From contig CAWDKA010000014.1 in assembly GCA_963802845.1 (NCBI GenBank), positions 1,009 to 65,008 of the forward strand: 64,000 nt of DNA, written 5' to 3'. The position numbers and the translations under genes were made by a program. This DNA comes from an uncultured Alphaproteobacteria bacterium (GTDB lineage: Bacteria; Pseudomonadota; Alphaproteobacteria; Rhizobiales; Methyloligellaceae). Positions 52,791-63,372 of the stretch are shown in pieces. A model generated the notes under the pieces. That model saw only the letters and a list, made by a program, of their open reading frames with translations, was not told where the DNA came from and searched no databases. The stretch's first letter is position 1, and every line of letters starts with the position of its first letter.

Positions 52791-54479
52791 ATGAAGATAG
52801 CCACCTTCAATATCAACAATGTCAACAAGCGGCTCGCCAATCTTTTGGGCTGGCTGCAAGAAGCCCGGCCCGACGTAGCCTGCCTTCAGGAATTAAAGGC
52901 GTCAGATTCCGAATTCCCGATAGCTGCATTCGAAAAAGCGGGTTATGGGGCGGTGTGGCGCGGAGAAAGATCGTGGAATGGCGTCGCGATCCTGGCACGA
53001 GGTTGCGATCCGGTTGTCACGAATATGGCGCTGCCCGGTGATCTAGGAGATGCGCAGAGCCGCTACGTCGAAGCGGCTGTTCATGGCGTGCTCATCGGCA
53101 CCCTCTACGCACCTAACGGCAATCCGCAACCGGGTCCCAAATTCGAATACAAACTCCTATGGATGAAACGGCTCTTGGCCCATGCCGCGGAGCTCTTCGC
53201 CCTCGATGCTCCGGTCGTACTAGCGGGCGATTACAATGTGGTGCCGACCGATGCCGACATCTATCCGACAAAATCGTACAAGGATAACGCGCTTATACAG
53301 CCTGAACCTCGCGTCTTGTTTAATCGGCTCCTTGAGCAAGGTTGGATCGACGCCATCCGCACGATGCACCCGAACGCGCCGATGTACACATTCTGGGATT
53401 ACATGCGGAACCGGTGGCAGCGCGACGCGGGCCTCCGCCTAGACCATCTGCTGCTAAACCGGAAAGCAGCGGCACGTTTAGCCGCATCCGGCGTCGATCG
53501 TGACGCCCGCGGCATGGACAATGCCAGTGATCATGCCCCCGCTTGGATCGTTCTGCGCGATACACCGAAGCGCCAGCAAAAGCGTTCAGCAACTGACTTG
53601 AAGAGGCCGCCAACCAGGCGAGTAGCCAGCTCGCCAACTAAGTCAGCGGCCGCCCGCCGCCCGCTGCTGGTCATCGACGGCGATTCTTTTGCGCATCGTT
53701 CCTACCACGCGCTGCCGAAATCAATTCTAAGGAAAGGCCGCAGGCCGGGCGGCGCGATCCTCGGCTTTGCCAATCTGCTGCTTCGCCTTTATCGCGAGGA
53801 ACAGCCGCGCGCCGTGCTGGTCGCTTGGGACACGTATGAAGTGCCTACCTACCGGCATGAGAAGTTTCCTGCCTACCAAAGTGGACGTACATTCGACGAG
53901 GCGCTGATTGAGCAGCTTCCTTTGTTGGCGGAATTCGTTACCGCCTGCGGCTTTCAAAATGCCAAAGCGCCGGGCTTCGAGGCAGATGATTTTCTTGCAT
54001 CAGCGGCGGCCGCCGAAGAGAAACGCGGCGGCACCGTGCTTATTGCGAGCGGGGATCGCGATACGTTTCAGCTCGCTTCAAACCGGACAATCATCCTCTA
54101 TCCGGTTCGTGCCGGCCAAACGGCCCGCATCGATCCCGCCGAGGTTCGCGGCCGTTACGGGGTCGAACCCAAGCAAGTTCCGGACTTTATCGCCTTGCGG
54201 GGAGATCCTTCCGATCGCCTCCCAGGCGCACCGGGCTTGGGGGCAGCTGGCGCAGCAACGTTGCTCGGACGATATGGAAGCTTAGAGGCGGTACTTGAGG
54301 CCGGCCGCTATTCAGCAATCGCAAACAACCTGAGGCTTTTCAAATCAATCGCCACGATGAATTGTAAAGCTCCGCTGCCGAGCCTGCGTAATCAAACGCC
54401 GACATGGCCAAAGGCGGCGGCACTCGCCCGCGAGCTGGAATTCAAGCAGCTCGCTGACCGCCTTGAAAACCTCGAGTAG
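52791..54479 (+). CDS. xth: Exodeoxyribonuclease III fused to a 5'-3' exonuclease/flap endonuclease
   Basis: MKIATFNIN, CLQELK, GDYNV, RLDH, SDHAP; basic linker; LVIDGDS, EADD, SGDRD, LRGDPSD..PG.PG.G. Confidence 0.9.
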   Translation: MKIATFNINNVNKRLANLLGWLQEARPDVACLQELKASDSEFPIAAFEKAGYGAVWRGERSWNGVAILARGCDPVVTNMALPGDLGDAQSRYVEAAVHGVLIGTLYAPNGNPQPGPKFEYKLLWMKRLLAHAAELFALDAPVVLAGDYNVVPTDADIYPTKSYKDNALIQPEPRVLFNRLLEQGWIDAIRTMHPNAPMYTFWDYMRNRWQRDAGLRLDHLLLNRKAAARLAASGVDRDARGMDNASDHAPAWIVLRDTPKRQQKRSATDLKRPPTRRVASSPTKSAAARRPLLVIDGDSFAHRSYHALPKSILRKGRRPGGAILGFANLLLRLYREEQPRAVLVAWDTYEVPTYRHEKFPAYQSGRTFDEALIEQLPLLAEFVTACGFQNAKAPGFEADDFLASAAAAEEKRGGTVLIASGDRDTFQLASNRTIILYPVRAGQTARIDPAEVRGRYGVEPKQVPDFIALRGDPSDRLPGAPGLGAAGAATLLGRYGSLEAVLEAGRYSAIANNLRLFKSIATMNCKAPLPSLRNQTPTWPKAAALARELEFKQLADRLENLE

Positions 54480-54541
54480 CGCACCACCTCGTCGGGGCAA
54501 ATGCCCGACGAGTTGCATTCGCGCCCTGAGCTTACTGTCAT

Positions 54542-55216
54542 CTACACTACAGTTGCCGTCCACTCCGCTAGGGAATCCAGTACTTCGGCTCTGGCCTCGG
54601 CATCGTTGCGCCCGCTGCGCGCAGGCACATGGAAGGAGTGGTCTGCATCGGAAAGCAGCCTCAGGGTCGCAAATGAGCCAAGCTTTTGGGTGAGCTTTTC
54701 CATGAGATGCACGTCCGCGAGAGCGTCGCGCGTCCCCTGCACGAACAACATCGGAATTTTAACCTCGAATAGGTGTTTTCCGCGCTCCTCTGACGGTCGC
54801 TTGGGAGCATGCAGCGGGAATCCGAGGAAGGCGAGGCCTCGGACCCCGGGCAGTGGGGATTCAGCCTGCGCCTGAGATGTCATGCGGCCGCCATATGACT
54901 TACCACCTGCAACTAGAGCAAGCTCCGGAAGCAAACGCGACGCTTGGGCGACTGCCGCGCGCACTGTGGCTTGGGCAACTTTTGGCGTATCTGGGCGCCT
55001 CCGACCCTGTTTCATATAGGGAAACTGATAGCGCAAGGTGGCAATGCCACGTTCGGCAAGCCCATCCGCGATTGTCGCCATAAACGGGTGCGACATGCCA
55101 GCGCCGGCACCGTGGGCAAGCACATAGCAAGCGCGCGCCTCGTGCGGCACCTGCAGCAGGCCGGAGACATGCGTCTCTTCGTCCACGGTAATGGTTAGTG
55201 CTTTTAGGCGTGACAT
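54542..55216 (-). CDS. Alpha/beta hydrolase (KANSL3/dienelactone hydrolase-like)
   Basis: LAHGAGAGM, GGKSYGGRM, QGTRD, DHSF. Confidence 0.88.
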   Translation of the reverse strand: MSRLKALTITVDEETHVSGLLQVPHEARACYVLAHGAGAGMSHPFMATIADGLAERGIATLRYQFPYMKQGRRRPDTPKVAQATVRAAVAQASRLLPELALVAGGKSYGGRMTSQAQAESPLPGVRGLAFLGFPLHAPKRPSEERGKHLFEVKIPMLFVQGTRDALADVHLMEKLTQKLGSFATLRLLSDADHSFHVPARSGRNDAEARAEVLDSLAEWTATVV

Positions 55217-55242
55217 TGGTACGCGGAGAGCAGGCATGCTGG

Positions 55243-55485
55243 CTATGCTGGATCGCTCGGTGCACCACGCTCCCAATGACAGTCGACGTTGGTCGAGGCG
55301 TGGGGATAGCCCTTGGTTTTCCACTCCTGCGTCAAGCGATGAGCTGTCTCGACACCGGTCTTGCGGCAGGTTTCGATTGCTGTGGCATAGTTCGGCATCT
55401 CGCGCGTGAATTCGGCGAGCAGCCTGCGCCCATTGCAATCCCATACCATCACATGAAGCACAACGAAAGCCGTGGCCGAGAGCAT
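55243..55485 (-). CDS. Small hypothetical protein
   Basis: GAAGG upstream; hydrophobic N-terminus and three Cys. Confidence 0.45.
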   Translation of the reverse strand: MLSATAFVVLHVMVWDCNGRRLLAEFTREMPNYATAIETCRKTGVETAHRLTQEWKTKGYPHASTNVDCHWERGAPSDPA

Positions 55486-55690
55486 GATGCCTTCTATATC
55501 GCTCTCAGGTGCGCGGATAGGAAGGTGAGGGGCGAGACTGCTCCCTCAATTTCTCAGAGCGTCTGGGCTTCACCCTCCAGCTTCCAAGATTATTTCGACC
55601 GAAGCAGATCACTTCCTTGAGGTTGGCGTTTTACCTCTGAGATGAGGCGCGCCTGTGCCTCGTCCGTGAGTTCTGTTGGAGGAAATTATC

Positions 55691-56050
55691 ATGCGAGAAA
55701 CCAAGGAAATGGCCGATGAGGCTAACAGAATGGGCCAACAAGTTCAGGATCGGCTGCAGAGCGGATTTGAGGCAGCAAGCCGATCATTCACTGAAGCCAA
55801 CAAAGGTTTCCGAGCCGTGGCTACGGAAATGACGGAGTATTCCAAGGCAGCTTTCGACGATGTGATCCGCACCTGGGAGCAACTCATCGGCGCAAAGTCA
55901 CTTGAGCAAGCAATGCAAATTCAGTCGGACTACGCCAAGAGAGCCTACGAGAACCACATGGCCGAGTTGTCCAAACTCGGTCAGATGTACATGGGAATGG
56001 TTAGCGATGCCTCGAAGTCGGTCGAAGAGGCTTCAAGGAGGCTCAGATAA
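55691..56050 (+). CDS. Phasin (short type)
   Basis: GGAGG RBS; EYSKAAF...AKSLEQAMQIQSDYAK. Confidence 0.85.
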   Translation: MRETKEMADEANRMGQQVQDRLQSGFEAASRSFTEANKGFRAVATEMTEYSKAAFDDVIRTWEQLIGAKSLEQAMQIQSDYAKRAYENHMAELSKLGQMYMGMVSDASKSVEEASRRLR

Positions 56051-56062
56051 CGAGAGCGCCCT

Positions 56063-56467
56063 TTGGCGAGATCGCTAAAGCTCCAAATCGTCGAGCAGGC
56101 TCGCGCCCTGCTCGCGGATAGACAGCATTGGTGTCGCGGCCAACTTGCGCAGGATGCACGTGGGGTAGGCGTTTTCCACACCTCGGCCAATGCGGTGAAA
56201 CGTTGCGGCTTACGCGGGGTGATAGCGGCGGCCTATCAACTCACCCATGACTACGATGTAGCGAATGAACTGGCGCACAACGCCTTGCGACCACACTACG
56301 GTATAACCACTCTGGTTCGTGTCAATGACGTAAGAGGCTATGCGGCTGTGCTTGGCTTGTCGGACAGAGTCATCTCTTTTGGAGAGGGGAATGATCGGCT
56401 GATCTTCTCGGTAACAATTCAATCGACAGTCGACCGTTCGTCCGGAACTCGACATGGGCTCGCTTGA
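56063..56467 (+). CDS. Hypothetical protein (possibly degraded)
   Basis: ARALLADRQHWCRGQLAQD...RVND. Confidence 0.5.
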   Translation: MARSLKLQIVEQARALLADRQHWCRGQLAQDARGVGVFHTSANAVKRCGLRGVIAAAYQLTHDYDVANELAHNALRPHYGITTLVRVNDVRGYAAVLGLSDRVISFGEGNDRLIFSVTIQSTVDRSSGTRHGLA

Positions 56468-56621
56468 GCCCTTAATGTAAGGGAGGGGATGCTTTCGACG
56501 AGTGAAGCTTGGCCGATGTCAGCCAGGATCGCGACGGCGCGCCAGCCGTAGGATCAGCCGAGATAGCTGCCGGTGTAACGCCCGGCCATCCTCGCTGTTG
56601 GCTCAACTCCACCGAGGAGCT

Positions 56622-56976
56622 CATGAGGAAGAATCATGTGCGTGCACTAGATCTGAACCTCTTTGCTGGAACGTGCGCGGTGGGTCTGATGCTCCCCATG
56701 CCCCCTCCAGCCAATTCGCAGCCAAGCCACCTGTCTTTGGGCTTAGTCCAATTTGGTGCTGCTGCAGTCGAGGAAGTCAGGCATCGGCGCTATCGTTACG
56801 CCCACCGTCGCTATTACCAGCCCCATCGACCGTATCACAAGCCCGACTACTTCTACGATGGTTGGCCCAACCATTATCAGCCCCACTACTACGATCCGGG
56901 CTGGAGCAGAGGCTTCAATGCAAATGAACAACTGTTACAATGCCTCCTTAGCCAACCCTTCGTGTCTTGCGGGTAA
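56622..56976 (+). CDS. His/Tyr/Arg-rich low-complexity exported protein
   Basis: GAGGAG RBS; HRRYRYAHRRYYQPHRPYH. Confidence 0.5.
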
Positions 56977-57124
56977 GCGGCCCTTAGCTGTCGAGGCTGG
57001 GCGGTCCGAGCGCGAAATACGATTACACCGCAAAAAAGTTGCATCACGCCAGTCAAAGATGTGACGGGGAAAGGACAAGTCGCATCTCGTCAGCTGCTCG
57101 CCTTGACCGGAAGCAGTTCTTCGG

Positions 57125-57243
57125 ATGTCCGCTAGAGGTCATTGGCAGACACTGCAGCGACGATCAGGGACGTCCGCTTAAGCCGCCAAGAGCGGATATG
57201 CTCAGCTTCTGCATGAATGTCCGCTTAGTGCTTGAGCAGACAT
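57125..57243 (+). repeat. Hairpin repeat cluster N (triplet)
   Basis: Units at 57125, 57170 and 57217 with loops agaggtcatt, taagccgccaag, tagtgcttg. Confidence 0.85.
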
Positions 57244-57436
57244 CCCGACTAGCCCTTCCTCTGATGCTCAAATCGCCGAGCAGCTGCACAGCTGCGCCCC
57301 GCGGAGTGAGGGGGACGTCGCGGCCGGATTGGAGTATTATGATTGCTAAATGGTCGCGGCTCGCTCGCGACTGGCGGAATAGTGTCAAGCCACGGGTCCC
57401 GCGGCCCCTTGAACAGCTCGTTCGGGAGGAGCGCAC

Positions 57437-58348
57437 ATGGACCGCCCTGACCACATCCGAAACCCCATCGAGTGGGGATTTGATCACATTAGGCTTGCGG
57501 CCTTGGCCGTGGGATCACTGGGTCACTCTTTGCGGGGCAGCGAGGAGAGTCGGAGTGCTCCGCTCCCCACGATCCGCCGCATCAAGGCCACCGACCTGAC
57601 GGACGTCCTAGCCCTGGGTCTCAGTGATTTTGAGGCATATCGAAGCGACGTTGTGTTTCTCTGCCTCATGTACCCGATTATCGGTATCGCGCTGGTGTGG
57701 CTGACCTTCGGTTACGAAATGCTACCGTTGGTTTTTCCACTCGCGTTCGGGTTCGCACTCGTCGGTCCGGTTGCGGCTGTCGGCCTTTATGAAATGAGCC
57801 GACGACGTGAGCATGGGATTCCCGCGAGCTGGGCTGACGCTTTCGGCGCAATTCGCTCGCCCGGGTTTGGCGCGATTCTGGTCCTCGGATTGGTGCTGCT
57901 GACGATTTTCCTACTCTGGCTGTTCGCGGCTAATTGGATCTATCAGATCACTCTCGGCCCTGAGCCGCCGGTCTCGATCGGCACATTCATCCGCGACGTG
58001 TTCGCCACGAGCGCTGGATTGAGGATGATCATATTCGGACTTGGCGTCGGAGTCCTTTTCGCCTTCCTCGTCCTGGCGATCAGCGTGGTGTCGTTTCCGC
58101 TATTGCTCGACCGGGATGTCGGCCTCGACGTAGCGGTCTGGACATCGATCCGTGCTGTAGCTGCAAACCCGGGACCGATGCTGCTTTGGGGCTTGATTGT
58201 GGCGGGTAGCCTTCTGATCGGATCAATACCCGCGTTCCTTGGCCTTATTTTCGTCCTGCCTGTGCTTGGGCACGCCACGTGGCACCTATATCGCATGGTG
58301 GTGGAGCCGAGCGCGTCCCAATCAGCGTTGGCCAGTGGTCCTAACTGA
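57437..58348 (+). CDS. DUF2189-family integral membrane protein
   Basis: GFALVGPVAAVGLYEMSRRRE, PVLGHATWHLY. Confidence 0.88.
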   Translation: MDRPDHIRNPIEWGFDHIRLAALAVGSLGHSLRGSEESRSAPLPTIRRIKATDLTDVLALGLSDFEAYRSDVVFLCLMYPIIGIALVWLTFGYEMLPLVFPLAFGFALVGPVAAVGLYEMSRRREHGIPASWADAFGAIRSPGFGAILVLGLVLLTIFLLWLFAANWIYQITLGPEPPVSIGTFIRDVFATSAGLRMIIFGLGVGVLFAFLVLAISVVSFPLLLDRDVGLDVAVWTSIRAVAANPGPMLLWGLIVAGSLLIGSIPAFLGLIFVLPVLGHATWHLYRMVVEPSASQSALASGPN

Positions 58349-58383
58349 ATTGACGCGCAGCGAACATCGGGCACACAGACCCA

Positions 58384-58411
58384 ATGACCGCTTCTGCACA
58401 AAAGCGGACGT
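58384..58411 (+). repeat. Hairpin repeat O
   Basis: atgaccgct-tctgcacaaa-agcggacgt after the DUF2189 stop. Confidence 0.7.
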
Positions 58412-58572
58412 ATCGCGACCGGGGTAGCGCTGATTAGACCGTGGCGGGCGCTTGAGCACCTCCATCGTACCGTTGCTCCGACATCACATGAGGAAGCTCC
58501 GCAGGGCAGGGAACACCCTCGGCGGAACTTCTAGGTTAGGTGGCCGCGTTTAAGACGAGGTCAATGCAAGGA

Positions 58573-61500
58573 TCAATCTGTAGCGGCAGTGAGCAGGCTC
58601 GCATTGCCGCCAGTGGCGGTGAGGTCGGTCGAGCGCACTCGCTCAACTGCGAAGGCCTCAAGATAATTCGGGCCGCCGGCCTTGGGTCCCGTCCCTGATA
58701 GGCTCTCGCCGCCGAAAGGCTGAACACCGACGACGGCGCCGATCTGGTTCCGGTTCACATACATATTGCCGACCTTGACGCGCGCAGCGACGAAGTCTGC
58801 CGTCGCCTTGATGCGGCTATGCAGCCCGAGCGTGAGGCCGTAGCCCGTGGCGTTGATGGCGTCGCAAACCTCACCCAGCCTGTGGCCGGCAAAACGGATC
58901 ACATGCAGAATCGGGCCAAACACTTCGCGCTCCAGCATGGCGATGGAAGCTATCTCGTAGATCGCGGGCGCGACATAGGTTCCGGTCGCTTGCGCCTTCC
59001 TCAGGGGCAAGTCGAGCAGCTCGCGGGCTTCTTTTCGCATGCGCGCCTTATGGGCTTGGAGCGCAGCGCGGGCCTCTTCATCAATCACCGGCCCGATATC
59101 GGTTGCGTAATCGAGGGGATCGCCGATCTTAAGCTCTCGCGCGGCGCCGAGCAGCATACGCAGCGTTTCCTCCGCAATGTCGTCTTGCAGGAAGAGCACC
59201 CGTAGCGCCGAGCAGCGCTGTCCGGCGCTGTCGAAGGCAGACACTAGCGCGTCATCCACCACCTGCTCCGGCAGGGCAGAGGAATCCACAATCATTACGT
59301 TCAACCCCCCGGTCTCCGCGATTAGTTTGGCGATTTGACCGTCGCGTGCCGCAAGCCGGCGATTGATGGCGATACCGGTGTCAGTACCGCCGGTGAAGGC
59401 CACGCCGGCAACTCGCTTATCCGCGACGAGCGTCGCACCCACTGTATCGCCACGTCCCGGCAGGAGATGCAGCACATCGGCCGGGACGCCCGCCCGATGC
59501 ATTAGCCTGATAGCGCGCGCCGCCACGAGCGGCGTCTGCTCCGCGGGCTTCGCCACCACCGCATTGCCGGCGGCAAGTGCGCCCGCAATCTGTCCGGTGA
59601 AGATGGCGAGGGGGAAATTCCAGGGCGAGATACAAGCAAACACGCCTCGCCCATGCAGGCTGATTTCATTCTCCTCTCCGGTCGGACCTTTCAGGCGGCG
59701 CGGTTGGGTGAAACTGCGTCGCGCTTCTGCCGCTGAAAAGCGCAGATGATCGATCGCCTCGCGGAGATCGCTTTGGGCGTTCGCAAGCGTCTTGCCGGCC
59801 TCCCGCACTAGGAACGCCATCAGTCCAGCCCCGTCAGCCTCGAACAGGTCGGCGGCGCACTCGAGCATGCCCGCGCGTGCCTCCCCGCCTAAACGATCCC
59901 AATCGTCGCAAGCCGCACTCGCCGCATCGAGCGCCATGTCGATGGCTTCGAGGCTTGCGCTCCGGCAGACGCCTACCACAACCTGCCTGTCATGTGGCGA
60001 GGTGATCCATGTTATCTCGCCACCTTCCTCAAGCTCCTTGCCGGCGACAATGGGGTTGGCGCTTGCTGGGTTCGTTAGCGCGCGCTTCATGGCGCCGAGC
60101 AACGGCTCGCGCGTGCCATCGTCCCAGAGTGCCAACCCGAGACTGTTCTTCCGATCCGGAAGGAACAGATCGGGTGGAATTGGGATCTGAGGATTCGCCT
60201 TCTTGGCGAGAGAAGCGGCTTTCTCCACGGGATCGGCGATAATGGCCGAGATCGGCGCCTCGTCATCGGCAAGCCGATTGACGAAGGAAGTATTGGCGCC
60301 GTTCTCCAAGAGCCTTCGCACAAGATAGGAGAGCAGGTCCCGGTGGCTGCCGACGGGGGCATAGATGCGGCATGGCTTGCCGAGGCCCTCGGGGCGAACC
60401 ACCTGGCGATAAAGCGCCTTCCCCATGCCGTAAAGGCGCTGGAACTCGTACGGACGATCGCCCGCAATCGTGACAATAGCTGCGATGGTATGGGCGTTGT
60501 GTGTCGCAAACTGCGGATAGAAGCAATCGGGCTGACCGAGAAGCAAGCGTGCGGCGGCCAGATAGGAAACGTCGGTGCTCACCTTGCGCGTGAAGACCGG
60601 ATAACCGACGAAGTCCCCCTTCCTGTGCCAACTTGATCTCGCTGTCCCAATAGGCGCCTTTGACCAGGCGCACCGGAATACGGCGCCCCGTCGCCTTTGC
60701 TACGCCGGCGAGCCAATCGATCAGCGGGAGTGCGCGTTTGCTATAGGCTTGCACCGCGAGCCCCAGCCCATCCCAGCCTGCAAGGGTGGGGTCGGTAAAA
60801 AGTGGCTCTAGCAGCGCAAGCGAAAGATCGAGCTTATCGGCTTCTTCCGCATCCACGGTCAGCGGGAGCCACGCCTCGCGCATCGCCTGGGCGAGATTGA
60901 GGAGCCTCGGCAGGAGCTCGGTCTTAAGTCGGTTGTCTTGCGAGGGCTGATAGCGTGGATGGAGCGCTGACAGCTTCAGGGAGAGACCGGGACGCTCATG
61001 CAGCTCCTCTTTGGTCCGCGCGAGAGGATGGCCGGCATAGTCCGCGATGGCCTCGACGGCCGCGTGATAGCGATCCGCGTAGCGCTCCGCATCCGCCCTT
61101 GTGCGCGCTGCTTCGCCCAGCATATCAAAGGAGAAGCGATAACCCTGCTCGGCCTCCTCCCGTGCGTTCGCGATCGCCCTTTCGATAGCCTCTCCAAGCA
61201 CGAATTGCTTGCCGAGAATCCGCATCGCTTGACGCAGCGCTTGGCGGATCACCGGCTCTCCGCTCCGCGCAATCAGGCGCTGGACCATCGTCGTGAGATC
61301 GGTGTACCGTTTTTCCCTCCAATCGATAATGTGCCCCGTGAGCATTAGTCCCCAAGTCGAGGCGTTTACCAGGACTGAGTCGGAGTGGCCGAGATGGCGC
61401 GACCAGTCGCCCGAGCCGACAGCGCCCGCGATCAGGCGGTCGGCAGTTGCGGCATCAGGAATGCGCAACAGGGCTTCGGCGAGGCAGAGCAGCAGAATCC

Positions 61501-61768
61501 CCTCCTCGCTGGACAAGCCATATTCGTGCAGAAAGGAATCGATGCCGCCACTTTCCCGGCGCCCGGCACGCGCCGCCTCGACAAGCCGGGAGGCAAGGGA
61601 TTCAATGCGGTTTCGTTCCGCAGCGCTGAAGCGCGCCTCTGCGATGAGCGCCTCGACCAACGGGCCTTCCTCGGCCAGCAGGGCAGTATTGATCGCCGCG
61701 CGGTTTGGCAGCTTTTCTGCGCTATCGGTGTTTCCTATGGCGCGCTTGCCTTTCGACAACGAATCCAT
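58573..61768 (-). pseudogene. putA: Bifunctional proline dehydrogenase/P5C dehydrogenase, frameshifted
   Basis: SFDMLGE, RLVKGAYWDSEIK; frameshift near 60612; then ATHNAHT, RRLLENGANTSF, ISPWNFP, AETGG, GQRCS. Confidence 0.9.
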
Positions 61769-62156
61769 GTCTTCTCAGACGACGCTTTTGTGCTCATACA
61801 GCAACGCTAGGATTGCAAGTATAACGCGCGAACGCTTCGAGCGATGCCGCTGCATAGGCGAGGACATGTACCCGTGTTAGACCCCGCTTAGGTCCGGGCA
61901 TGGGTCGATTGGTGTCTTCCAGCTCTTTGCATTACGCGAGGGGGTCATCGCCCATGAAAATGCGGCGGTATCAGCTGCCAGTTTAGCTTCCCGGAGGCTA
62001 TACCAACATCTTGTTCTTCTCACGAGCGGACAGCGAACCCTTATTTGCTGACGAGCGATCGTCTTCCGGCATTTTGCGCGAACTTAATTCGTCGTCGTTC
62101 CCGTCGACTGGCACTCTATGCCCATCAATAGTGCGTAACACACAAGGGGAACCACC

Positions 62157-62591
62157 ATGACAAGCGTTACCCGTCTCCTGGAAACTGCTCTGTATGTTGC
62201 CGACCTGGACCGGTCGCGCGATTTCTATGAACGCGTACTCGGCCTAGGACCCGACATCGGAACCACAGCCGAGAAAGAGAGCCAGGAGCGGTTTCGACCT
62301 CTGCAAATGCCCGGCGGACAAGTGTTGCTTCTTTTTGCAAAAGGCTTTGCCACAACTACGGCGGTTCTTCCCGGAGGTACGATCCCGCCACACGACGGCA
62401 ATGGACGGCTTCATTTGGCATTCGCCATCTCCGCCAGCGAGGTCGACGCTTGGAGAGAACGCTTGCGATCGCACGGCGTGTCAATCGAAGGCGAGATGGA
62501 GTGGCCGCGCGGCGGCACGAGCCTCTACTTCCGCGATCCCGACGGTCACCTAGTGGAGCTTGCCACGCCTGGATTGTGGTCGATCTACTGA
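62157..62591 (+). CDS. VOC/glyoxalase-family protein
   Basis: LETALYVADL, HLAF, YFRDPDGHLVEL. Confidence 0.9.
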   Translation: MTSVTRLLETALYVADLDRSRDFYERVLGLGPDIGTTAEKESQERFRPLQMPGGQVLLLFAKGFATTTAVLPGGTIPPHDGNGRLHLAFAISASEVDAWRERLRSHGVSIEGEMEWPRGGTSLYFRDPDGHLVELATPGLWSIY

Positions 62592-62874
62592 GAGGGAGAA
62601 AGGGAGCTTTAGCATGTCGGCTCTGTTTGATGCTGGCGAATGCCGAAAAGCAGCGGTTTGTATGCGTTGCTATCTCTTTTTCGACACGTGCTCGGGTTTA
62701 CCTTTGCGCTTGGTCGAAGCGAACTCGTCCTCTGTGGGCGCAACCTACTAACATTTAACGTATCTAACTAAGAGTAGGTTTCACGAGCCACGATGTTCAG
62801 TAAGTGGGCCGGGTAGCCGCGACCCAATTCAATCATTATAAATTCGATTTCCGTCGTCGCTAGGGGGCGCCGTT

Positions 62875-63363
62875 ATGCAGGTCTCTTTGTTGCTGCAGCT
62901 GCTGATCCTGCTGGTGGTGGCCAACGGTTCGGCTGTCGTTGCCAAGAAATTACTTCGAAGCACACTTGCCCGACCGCTCGACGGCGGCGCTCTTTTGGTC
63001 GATGGCCGGCCCGTGTTCGGACCTACGAAAACCATCCGTGGCGTTGTCGTCTCTGTATTGGCGACAACCATCTGCGCGGCGCTGATGGGGCTTGGGTGGC
63101 ACGTCGGGGTTTTGATTGCCGTTTTTGCTATGGCCGGCGATCTCTTCTCGAGTTTTGTAAAACGCAGGCTGGATCTGGCCTCAAGCAGCATGGCCATAGG
63201 GCTCGATCACACTCCGGAGTCTCTTTTTCCTCTTTTGGCTAGCCGTTTGCTGCTGCCGCTAAGCATTCTCGACGTTGTGGCAGGGACGGCCATCTTCGTC
63301 GTCGGCGCACTCATCCTGTCGCCCGTGCTTTTCAAGTTGAATCTTCGCGACGAACCACACTGA
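62875..63363 (+). CDS. CDP-archaeol synthase (CarS/DUF46)-like membrane protein
   Basis: AN..., PLDGG...DGRPVFGPTKTIRG, GDLFSSFVKRR, GLD. Confidence 0.8.
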   Translation: MQVSLLLQLLILLVVANGSAVVAKKLLRSTLARPLDGGALLVDGRPVFGPTKTIRGVVVSVLATTICAALMGLGWHVGVLIAVFAMAGDLFSSFVKRRLDLASSSMAIGLDHTPESLFPLLASRLLLPLSILDVVAGTAIFVVGALILSPVLFKLNLRDEPH

Positions 63364-63372
63364 CGGTGACAC

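Noticed and set aside
60600-60625. Programmed frameshift in putA
   Set aside because: No canonical slippery heptamer and PutA is not known to be recoded; mutation or sequencing error is more likely.
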